A DNA stretch of 64,000 nucleotides. It comes from Vicinamibacterales bacterium (GTDB lineage: Bacteria; Acidobacteriota; Vicinamibacteria; Vicinamibacterales; SCN-69-37). The number at the start of each line of letters is the position of its first letter. The stretch's first letter is position 1. This document shows positions 1-6,739 of this stretch, in pieces. Where the stretch lies: NCBI GenBank assembly GCA_036675475.1, contig JAKFEY010000027.1, positions 47,012 to 111,011 on the forward strand, read 5' to 3'. The notes beneath the pieces are model-generated. The model did no database searches and was not told the origin of the DNA. It saw nothing but the letters and a program-made list of their open reading frames with translations. The translations under genes were made by a program, and so were the position numbers.

Positions 1-410
1 TTCTTGTCGAACATCCAGCCAACGCTGTTGGCTTCACCGAGGTTGCCGCCGTACTTGCCGAACGTGTGGCGGATTTCGCCGACCGTGCGGTTGCGGTTGT
101 CGGTCAGCGTGTCCACGAGCACAGCGACGCCGCCGGGGCCGTAGCCCTCGTACGTGACCTCGTCGTACTGGACGCCCTCTTCTTCGCCCGTGCCGCGGCG
201 AATCGCGCGCTTGATGTTGTCGGACGGCATGTTCACCGACTTGGCGTCGGCGATGATCGTCCGCAGGCGCGGGTTCTTGTCGGGGTCGCCCCCGCCGTGC
301 CGCGCCGCCACCGTGAGTTCCTTGATGATGCGCGTGAAGACCTTGCCGCGCTTGGCGTCGGCCGCGCCCTTCTTATGCTTGATCGTGTGCCACTTGGAAT
401 GCCCGGACAT
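1..410 (-). CDS. yebC: YebC/PmpR family DNA-binding regulator (N-terminal ~136 aa; C-terminus lies beyond the window edge)
   Basis: Not in the ORF track because no stop lies in-window. Reverse translation from ATG at 408-410 reads [76 protein letters not shown]..., the hallmark YebC/TACO1 N-terminus. Confidence 0.9.
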   Translation of the reverse strand, partial: MSGHSKWHTIKHKKGAADAKRGKVFTRIIKELTVAARHGGGDPDKNPRLRTIIADAKSVNMPSDNIKRAIRRGTGEEEGVQYDEVTYEGYGPGGVAVLVDTLTDNRNRTVGEIRHTFGKYGGNLGEANSVGWMFDK

Positions 411-432
411 GGGGCGAATTTTATCACCTCCA

Positions 433-1242
433 TTAGATCTTCCGGGCGATCAGAATCCAGACGTCAGCCCGGAGATCCCAGGGGCGGCCGTCGTAGTCGC
501 CGAGGGCCGCGTCCATGCGGAAACCGGCCCGCTCGATGCGGGCGGCCATCTCGGGCACGGGCAGGGTGCGGAAGGTGAGCGAAAACCGGCGGACCTCGCG
601 GGTGCGGCCCCGCCGCTCGGTGAACTCCTGGTCGAAAATCGTGAGCCGCTTGCGGCGATTCTGCCGGACGGACTCCACCAGCGTGACCACGGCGCCGTTG
701 GGCCGCCGGCCCTTCAAGCTCTGGTGGTTCGAGTACTCGGACCAGGCCGGCAGATCGGGCACGAGATCGACGGCGAGCTTGCCGCCCTTCTTCAGCACGC
801 GCGCGGCCTCGGCCAGCGCGGCGTCGAGGTCATCGTCGGAGGTCAGCGACTGAATGATGCCGTATGGCGCCATGACGGCGCCGAACGCGGACGAGCGGTA
901 CGGCAGAGCGCGGATGTCGCCGCGCGCGGCGCGCACCGGGACGCGCGCGCGCCGGAACCGCGCGCGGGCGCGGTCGAGCATGGCCTCGGATAAATCAATG
1001 CCGGCGACGAGGTGGCCGCCGCGGGCGCCGGGCGCGCCGGCCGCGCGCGCGGCCTCGACGTCGCGCGTCAGCGGCAGCAGCACGCGTCCGGTGCCGGTGC
1101 CGAGCTCGAGCGATCGCCCGGGGATGCCTGCGGCAAAGCGGCGCCAGAACGCGATGTCGCGCCGCCCGACGGTGCGTTGATTTTCCCAGTCGTAGAACGC
1201 GGCGTACTCGTCCCAGCCCTTGCTTCCGGTGGATGGCTTCAC
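433..1242 (-). CDS. Class I SAM-dependent methyltransferase (last gene of the lasso operon run)
   Basis: 269-aa ORF with motif [10 protein letters not shown] and post-[10 protein letters not shown]. It starts 17 nt downstream of the kinase gene on the same strand. Confidence 0.8.
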   Translation of the reverse strand: MKPSTGSKGWDEYAAFYDWENQRTVGRRDIAFWRRFAAGIPGRSLELGTGTGRVLLPLTRDVEAARAAGAPGARGGHLVAGIDLSEAMLDRARARFRRARVPVRAARGDIRALPYRSSAFGAVMAPYGIIQSLTSDDDLDAALAEAARVLKKGGKLAVDLVPDLPAWSEYSNHQSLKGRRPNGAVVTLVESVRQNRRKRLTIFDQEFTERRGRTREVRRFSLTFRTLPVPEMAARIERAGFRMDAALGDYDGRPWDLRADVWILIARKI

Positions 1243-1258
1243 GTGTGGTCCCTAGAGT

Positions 1259-2152
1259 TTAAATGCAATCGCGCAGCACGGCGTCGACCGCGGCGTCGAG
1301 AAACGCCAGCCCGTCGGGATAACAGACGCGGCGCGACGGCACGGCGGCGGCCGCGCGGTTGGCGGCGTCGAACAGCCGCGCCGACTCGGCGCGATCACCC
1401 ACGTCCAGCCGAAACACGTGCGACAGCATCTCGATGCGCATGACGGCCGGCGACAGCGGCTGCACGCTGACGGCATCGCCGGTCTCGAGCAGATACAGGC
1501 GCGCGAGAGGCACGCGTCCGGACGCCAGCGCCACCGGCGCGCGCAGTTTGCCCGTCCCGATCGCCGTCAGCGGCGCGCCCGCGGGCGCCGCCTCGCGCAT
1601 GTCGTGCCACAGGCGCACGCCGTCGGCGGTCGGCCACACGGCGGGCGCGGCCTCATGCAGGTCGACGGCGAGCGCATCGTCGGCCACGAGCGCGAAGCCG
1701 CGGCGGCAGCAGGCGGCGGCCAGCGTGCTCTTGCCGGCGCCCGATTCTCCGATGAACGCCACCGCGCCGGCAGGCGTGTCGACGGCGCACGCGTGCAGGA
1801 CGAAGCGGCCGGTGCGGCTCAGCGCCAGCGGCAGCACCTGGTGCAGCAGCAGATGATCGAGCGTGGACGCGTCGAGGGCGGGCGCGGCCTGGAACGTGAC
1901 GGCGCGTCCATCGCGGGCCACGAGAGACGCGAGATCGGGCAGCGTCACGCGAAAGCCGGTGGCGGCGCGGCTGATGGACATCCAGACCGTGTCCGCGTCA
2001 CCCGTCCATTGCTGAATCGGTTCGTCTGACGCGGCCGGCACGTCGCCGCGGCGGATCACGATGTCGGGCGGGCCGGCGGCCGCGGGCAGGTGCGCGAAAT
2101 CGATGTCGCCGCCAACCGTGAGATCGGCGAACCGGCGCGCGCCGCGCATCAC
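1259..2152 (-). CDS. HprK-related (HPr kinase C-terminal domain-like) kinase, putative RiPP tailoring kinase
   Basis: 297 aa with P-loop FIGESGAGKSTLAAACCRRGFALVADD, resembling the HprK C-domain (GxSGxGKS...G..LVADD). Its start overlaps the upstream stop as ATGA (2149-2152). Confidence 0.75.
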   Translation of the reverse strand: MMRGARRFADLTVGGDIDFAHLPAAAGPPDIVIRRGDVPAASDEPIQQWTGDADTVWMSISRAATGFRVTLPDLASLVARDGRAVTFQAAPALDASTLDHLLLHQVLPLALSRTGRFVLHACAVDTPAGAVAFIGESGAGKSTLAAACCRRGFALVADDALAVDLHEAAPAVWPTADGVRLWHDMREAAPAGAPLTAIGTGKLRAPVALASGRVPLARLYLLETGDAVSVQPLSPAVMRIEMLSHVFRLDVGDRAESARLFDAANRAAAAVPSRRVCYPDGLAFLDAAVDAVLRDCI

Positions 2153-3279
2153 GCGCGGCCGTACACGGCCAGCACTTCGGCGACGAGCACCTCGGCGGCC
2201 TGCGCATCAGGAAACAGACCGGGATGCGTCGCGAACACCGCCGTCTCAATCTCGCGGATCGTGCGGCGCCCGTCGCACAGATCGAGCACGGTGCGGCGCG
2301 CCTCGCCGTGAATGGTGAGCGACGGCACGGCGTCCGGCCGCGTGCGCGCGATCGCCTCGCGGGTCGGCAGCATGCCCTTCCAGGTCGAATGCGACATCCG
2401 ATCCGATCCGTCGGCGCGCGCGATGTCCCAGGTGACGATGGAGTCGGCAGGCAGTACGCGGACAGCCACGCGCGCCTGCTCGCCCGGCGCGAGGTCGAGC
2501 GGGCGATCGAACGGCAGAAACGCGGGGCGCCGCTCGATGCGATCGGGCGCGTCCGGCGCGTTGGTCATCCACACGCCCGGCGCGAGTTCCGCATGAAAGA
2601 AGCCGCACAGGCCGTCGGCGCGGCACGCCGCGGTCGCGGTGAGCGTAAACGACGCCGACAACGGCATGCCGTCCCACGACGCGGCGTCGAAGGCGATCGG
2701 CGAGGCCGCGGCGGACAGCAGCGTGATGTGTTCGATGCGCGTCGGATAGCCGGTGTTGATCGCGATGGTTCGCGCCGCCGCGGTGTCGACGCCGCCTGGC
2801 CGCGTGCGCCAGAACTCGACGCGCGCGCGCATGACGGGCGAGGCCATCAGCGCGATATCGAGATGCACGGGACCAGGCACGATGCGCGCGCCCGGCTTGA
2901 GCAGGCGGCGCCGCGCATCGCCCGCGTACTCGAGCAGCCCCGCGTCGAATCCCATCCGGCCTATCTGATCGCACACGAGGACGTCCGCGGGTTCGGGCAG
3001 CTCGGCGCGCGTGGAATGCGCGGCGATGTGGGTGATGCGGTCGGCCGCGCCGGCGGCGCGGGCGATGGCGCGGGCGACTTCGATGATGCCGCCCTCGTCG
3101 ACGGCAAACACGCGCGCGGCGCCGGCGTCGAGCGCCATGAGGCCGAGGATGCCCGTGCCGCAGGCAAGGTCGAGCACGATATCGCCCGGCGCGACGGCGG
3201 CGTGAATGGCGCGGCGGAACGCGTCGAGCCGCGGCTGGTCGCTCAGATATTCACGGTGTTCGTCGAGGACGAGCGACAT
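2149..3279 (-). CDS. Protein arginine N-methyltransferase (PRMT)-fold SAM methyltransferase with a C-terminal PqqD/RRE-like extension
   Basis: 376 aa. The N-terminus HREYLSDQPRLDAFRRAI...VLDLACGTGILGLMALDAGAARVFAVD...ADVLVCDQIG...LLKPGARIVPG...RVEFW is colinear with type I PRMT motifs (Rossmann, THW-like region, beta-barrel). The last ~80 aa (SLTIHGEARRTVLDLCDGRRTIREIETAVFATHPGLFPDAQAAEVLVAEVLAVY) look like a PqqD winged helix. Confidence 0.7.
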   Translation of the reverse strand: MSLVLDEHREYLSDQPRLDAFRRAIHAAVAPGDIVLDLACGTGILGLMALDAGAARVFAVDEGGIIEVARAIARAAGAADRITHIAAHSTRAELPEPADVLVCDQIGRMGFDAGLLEYAGDARRRLLKPGARIVPGPVHLDIALMASPVMRARVEFWRTRPGGVDTAAARTIAINTGYPTRIEHITLLSAAASPIAFDAASWDGMPLSASFTLTATAACRADGLCGFFHAELAPGVWMTNAPDAPDRIERRPAFLPFDRPLDLAPGEQARVAVRVLPADSIVTWDIARADGSDRMSHSTWKGMLPTREAIARTRPDAVPSLTIHGEARRTVLDLCDGRRTIREIETAVFATHPGLFPDAQAAEVLVAEVLAVYGRA

Positions 3280-3297
3280 GAACGCGGCGGCGGGCCC

Positions 3298-3471
3298 TTA
3301 CAGGCACCGCATCTTGCCGCCGGCTTCCGTGATGTTGCCCGACGATCCGCGCGTGAGCTTCGCGAGGTGGCCGTACTCCACCAGCGCGGGCTTCTCCCAG
3401 GCGCGCGCGGGCCTGGCGGTCTCGTCGCGCGGGCGGTCGGCGTCGTCCGGAGTGTGCGCCATGCCCCTCAT
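3298..3471 (-). CDS. Lasso peptide precursor (41-aa leader + 16-aa core GSSGNITEAGGKMRCL)
   Basis: Internal start of track ORF 3298..3522. It reads MRGMAHTPDDADRPRDETARPARAWEKPALVEYGHLAKLTR/GSSGNITEAGGKMRCL. The leader fits aromatic-xx-P-x-L-xxx-G-xxxxx-T-x with Thr at -2, and the core has Gly1 and Glu8. The ATG at 3469-3471 forms ATGA with the cyclase stop. An alternative ATG lies at 3460-3462. Confidence 0.8.
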   Translation of the reverse strand: MRGMAHTPDDADRPRDETARPARAWEKPALVEYGHLAKLTRGSSGNITEAGGKMRCL

Positions 3472-5270
3472 CTTGCCCCAAAGCGCGCGGCCAGCCAAGC
3501 GTCGACGCCGATGATCCGCCACAGCGCGAGCGCCGCCGCGCCGTCCTGTTCCCGGGCGCGGGCGGCAAGGGCGCCGACTTCGGCGGACACGACCCAGCCG
3601 CGCGCCGTCAGCGCCGGCACGGCGAGATGGCGCTGCACGTCCGGCGCGCGAAGCGCCTCCACCAGCAGGCGCGTGAAGTCGTTCTTCGTCACGCGCGCGG
3701 CGGTCTCGGGCGACAGCCGCGGCGCCATGGCCGCGCGCATGGCCGCGCGGTTGTGCGCCGGCGTGAGGTGCGCGTCCTGCGGCGTGGCGAACGCCAGCTC
3801 CACGAGGCGCCGGTCGTAGAACGGATGACGCAGCTCGACGCCCGACGCCACCGCCAGGCGGTCGAGTCGCTCCTTGGCAAACGCTTCTTCACCGCTGTCG
3901 AGACGCCATCGCATGCGGCGCCAGCTTTCGGCCGGCGCGCCGCGCGTGTCGGGGCGCCGGCGCAGCCGATCGCGCAGCTCGACGCGCGCGGCAAACGCCG
4001 GATCGATCCACGCGGGCAGCGGGGCGTGCCTGACGGCGCGCGCCGCGCGCCGCAGCGGCGCGGGCACGAGCGGCAGCAGGCCATCGCGCGCGAAGGATGG
4101 CCAGCTCCATGTCACTTCCTCGCCGGCGGCAGCCCCCGCGCGCTGCCATTGGCGCAGCGCGCCCAGCCGGCCGCGCCGCAGCAGGTCCGCCATGTGCGCC
4201 ATCTCGCCGCTCCACCACTGATCCCCGCCGAACCCCGTCAGCACAACACGGGCGCCCGCGGCCGCGAGCGCGGCATGCAGGCCCGTGAAGAGCGGCCGCC
4301 CCGAAGGCGAATCAGGCAGATCGGCGTCGGTGAGGATCGAGGCGAGATCGTGCGCCGGCGGATCGACAGGCGGCGTCACCGCGATCGGCTCGATCGACCA
4401 CCGGCGCGCCATCGCATCGATCCAGCGCGACTCGTCGGCCTCCGGCCAGGGAAAACGCAGCGCGCCGGCCATCGGCGCCGCCAATCCGTTCGCGCAGATC
4501 GTGCCCAGCACCGACGACGAATCGAGCCCGCCGCTCAGGTGCGTCCCGACCGTGGCACTGCCGGCGCACCGCGCGCGAACCGCCTCGTCGAACACCTCGC
4601 GAAATCGCGAGGCGTGATCGTCGAGCGATCCGCCGTGCATCTCGCGCGGCGGCTCCCAGTACCTCGAAACCGCAACGCCCTGCTCGCTCGCGACGAGCAT
4701 GTGGCCCGCCGGCACGCGGCGCACCGATAGAAACGGCGTGGCTTCCGCGTCGGCAATGTCGCCCCCCAGGGCTTCCGCGAGAAAGCCCTCGTCGGGTGAA
4801 TCGCCGGGCTCCACGAGCGCGCGCAGCTCCGACGCGCATCGCACGTGCGCGGTGCCGGCGCGGTAATAGAGCGGCCGGATGCCGAGCGCGTCGCGAATCG
4901 CCAGCAGGCGGCACGCGCGCGTGTCGAGGATCACGATCGCGAAGTCGCCGGCGAGGCGGGCCGCGAAGCCGTCGCCCCAGCGCGCGAACGCCTCGAGCGC
5001 GATCCCCGCGTCGGTCGCGTCGGCCGGCAGCCCGAGCTCGCGGCGGAGATCGGCCGCGTTGTCGAGCCGCAGATCCGCGGCGAGCAGCCCGCACGACGGA
5101 TGGCTGCCGAATGCGGGCGACGGACCCGCCGCGCCGATCACGCCGCCGGCGCCCGCGACAACCAGGCGATGACCGGCGCCCCGCTCGGGCATGCGCTCGA
5201 GCAGCGCCTTGACGGCAGCCTGCGCGGCGGCCGCATCGGCGGCGCCAAACACCGCGGCGACGGCATTCAT
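3468..5270 (-). CDS. Lasso peptide cyclase (asparagine synthetase-like, LasC type)
   Basis: Real start MNAVAAVFG at 5268-5270 inside track ORF 3468..5735; the upstream 155 aa are Arg-rich read-through over the B2 gene. It has the PP-loop SGGLDSS and lacks the N-terminal catalytic Cys2 of true AsnB. Confidence 0.85.
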   Translation of the reverse strand: MNAVAAVFGAADAAAAQAAVKALLERMPERGAGHRLVVAGAGGVIGAAGPSPAFGSHPSCGLLAADLRLDNAADLRRELGLPADATDAGIALEAFARWGDGFAARLAGDFAIVILDTRACRLLAIRDALGIRPLYYRAGTAHVRCASELRALVEPGDSPDEGFLAEALGGDIADAEATPFLSVRRVPAGHMLVASEQGVAVSRYWEPPREMHGGSLDDHASRFREVFDEAVRARCAGSATVGTHLSGGLDSSSVLGTICANGLAAPMAGALRFPWPEADESRWIDAMARRWSIEPIAVTPPVDPPAHDLASILTDADLPDSPSGRPLFTGLHAALAAAGARVVLTGFGGDQWWSGEMAHMADLLRRGRLGALRQWQRAGAAAGEEVTWSWPSFARDGLLPLVPAPLRRAARAVRHAPLPAWIDPAFAARVELRDRLRRRPDTRGAPAESWRRMRWRLDSGEEAFAKERLDRLAVASGVELRHPFYDRRLVELAFATPQDAHLTPAHNRAAMRAAMAPRLSPETAARVTKNDFTRLLVEALRAPDVQRHLAVPALTARGWVVSAEVGALAARAREQDGAAALALWRIIGVDAWLAARFGAR

Positions 5271-5677
5271 GCGGAGGTAACGAAGACCGGATGCGGCGCC
5301 GCGTCGATCGAACAGAGCGGCGCATAGGGGCGAACGGGATGCTGCCCGCTCAGCGCGAGGCTGCCATGCGCGAGCCAGGCATGGGCCGCGAACGCGCGCG
5401 GGCTTGCGCCGCCCGGCGCGACGCCGATCGTGACGCGCGCGGCCAGCCCTTCGCGCGCCAGCAGGTGCGCGCCGGCCAGCGCGCGCGTAAGACAGGTCGG
5501 CCGCGCGATCCACGCGGCGCGATTGAGCGCGCGCGCGATTTCCGCGGCGCGCGCCGGATCGAGCCGCGCGCCTGCAGGCGCCTGCAGCTGCCGCCCCGCA
5601 AGATCGCGGCACGACACCACGCGCAGCGCCAGCGCCGTCGTTACCAGCACGCGCAGCGCGCGAAAGGTCAGCATCAT
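5267..5677 (-). CDS. Lasso peptide biosynthesis B2 protein (transglutaminase-like leader peptidase)
   Basis: 136 aa with the family motifs PTCLTRALAG (Cys) and FAAHAWLAHG (His). It has 4-nt overlaps with both neighbours. Confidence 0.85.
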   Translation of the reverse strand: MMLTFRALRVLVTTALALRVVSCRDLAGRQLQAPAGARLDPARAAEIARALNRAAWIARPTCLTRALAGAHLLAREGLAARVTIGVAPGGASPRAFAAHAWLAHGSLALSGQHPVRPYAPLCSIDAAPHPVFVTSA

Positions 5678-5946
5678 GGGGCCGGCGCGACGATGAGGCC
5701 GCGCGCCGTGAGGTCGGATACGAAGGCGTCGACATCGGCTTCGATCACCTGACGATCGGCCGCGAACTCGCGCGCGAGCGTGGCGACCACGGCCTCGCGC
5801 GCCTCGCCGGCCTCGATCAACTGCCAGATGCGGGCAGCCGTTCCGGTCATGCCGAAGTACAAACTGCTCCGCAAATCGAGCACGAGCACCTCGCCATCGA
5901 GCTCGCGCGAAAGCGCATCGGGGCTCACCTGGTAGGGTCCGGCCAT
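5674..5946 (-). CDS. PqqD-family RiPP recognition element (lasso B1)
   Basis: 90 aa: LDGEVLVLDLRSSLYFGMTGTAARIWQLIEAGEAREAVVATLAREFAADRQVIEADVDAFVSDLTARGLI, a typical PqqD/RRE pattern. Confidence 0.85.
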   Translation of the reverse strand: MAGPYQVSPDALSRELDGEVLVLDLRSSLYFGMTGTAARIWQLIEAGEAREAVVATLAREFAADRQVIEADVDAFVSDLTARGLIVAPAP

Positions 5947-6110
5947 CGAGGCTATCTTAGGACGCCGGTACGACGGGACGGTAAGCTGTGTAATTACAAG
6001 GACTTACAGACGTGTGCAAAGGCATGCAGAAACGGGTGTCTCAGGCCGAAAAGTTGGGTGTAATGTACCAGGCCGGTACGTGGTATTGTACGTAAAATAA
6101 CCGACGCTAT
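5947..6110. promoter_or_regulatory. Divergent intergenic control region (lasso operon leftwards, EPS plus-strand operon rightwards)
   Basis: This is the only markedly AT-richer stretch in the first 10 kb. It contains TGgTATTGT (extended -10-like, 6081-6089) and TAAAAT (6093-6098) before the 6111 start, two copies of GCCGGTACG, and a weak palindrome ATGTACC-N5-GGTACGT (6063-6081). Confidence 0.3.
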
Positions 6111-6710
6111 ATGACACGAGCTGACATCCGCCTCGTCGCCGTCGTCGCCATGTTCACGCTGGCCGCGCCGTCCCTCGACGCGCAGGTCAGTGTTGCCGGC
6201 CGTGCCGCCGCGCGTACGATTGCCACGCGCACGACGACGTCCGCCGCGCGCGCGGCCAGCGCGCTCAGCTCACTGGGCTCAGGCACGTCCACCACCGCCT
6301 CGCGCCTCACGTCCGTGATGGGATATCTGTGGGCGGGCGAAGGCATGCCGGTATCGAACGCCACCGTGCAGCTGCGCAACATCGTCACGGGCCAGATCGA
6401 ACAGGTGTCGTCGACGCTGCAGAACGGCGCGTTTGCGTTTCAGAACGTGAGCAGCGGCACGTACGCCATCGAGTACGTCACCGAGTCGGCCGGACGCGTG
6501 CTGGCCGTCGGCCAGGCGTTCAGTGTCGCGCCGGGTGAAACGGTCGCCACGTTCGTGCGCCTCGGATCGAAGCTCGCGCTGCTCGTCCCCGACCTGGCGT
6601 CGAATGCGGCCCAGGCCGTCGTCTCCAACGCGGCCCAGGCGGTCGCGTCGGGCATTGTCAGTGTTGCAGGCACCGCTGCCCCGGAACAGCCTGCAAGCCC
6701 GTTGCGCTAA
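6111..6710 (+). CDS. Secreted protein with carboxypeptidase-regulatory-like (CarboxypepD_reg) beta-sandwich
   Basis: Signal peptide MTRADIRLVAVVAMFTLAAPSLDAQ, then GYLWAGEGMPVSNATVQLRNIVTGQ...NGAFAFQNVSSGTYAIEYV, and a tandem SNAAQAV repeat near the C-terminus. Confidence 0.55.
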   Translation: MTRADIRLVAVVAMFTLAAPSLDAQVSVAGRAAARTIATRTTTSAARAASALSSLGSGTSTTASRLTSVMGYLWAGEGMPVSNATVQLRNIVTGQIEQVSSTLQNGAFAFQNVSSGTYAIEYVTESAGRVLAVGQAFSVAPGETVATFVRLGSKLALLVPDLASNAAQAVVSNAAQAVASGIVSVAGTAAPEQPASPLR

Positions 6711-6739
6711 ACGACCGTTTCAGGAAACACGGCGACAGC

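Noticed and set aside
3298-3522. 74-aa version of the precursor ORF starting at 3522
   Set aside because: The first 17 codons lie inside the cyclase coding region. The internal ATG at 3471 gives the ATGA coupling seen at the other junctions in the operon.
2224-3819. 531-aa plus-strand ORF antisense to the methyltransferase, precursor and cyclase genes
   Set aside because: It has Arg/Ala/Gly-dominated composition with no recognisable motifs. It lies opposite ORFs with clear family signatures, a typical high-GC antisense artefact.
3468-5735. Full 755-aa version of the cyclase ORF, including a 155-aa N-terminal extension
   Set aside because: The extension is Arg-rich nonsense that overlaps the B2 gene in another frame. 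The conserved cyclase sequence begins at MNAVAAVFG (5270), which forms an ATGA junction with the B2 stop.
6063-6081. ATGTACC-N5-GGTACGT palindrome as a defined operator
   Set aside because: It has only 7-bp arms with one mismatch in an AT-richer region, which could arise by chance. I mention it only as part of the regulatory-region note.
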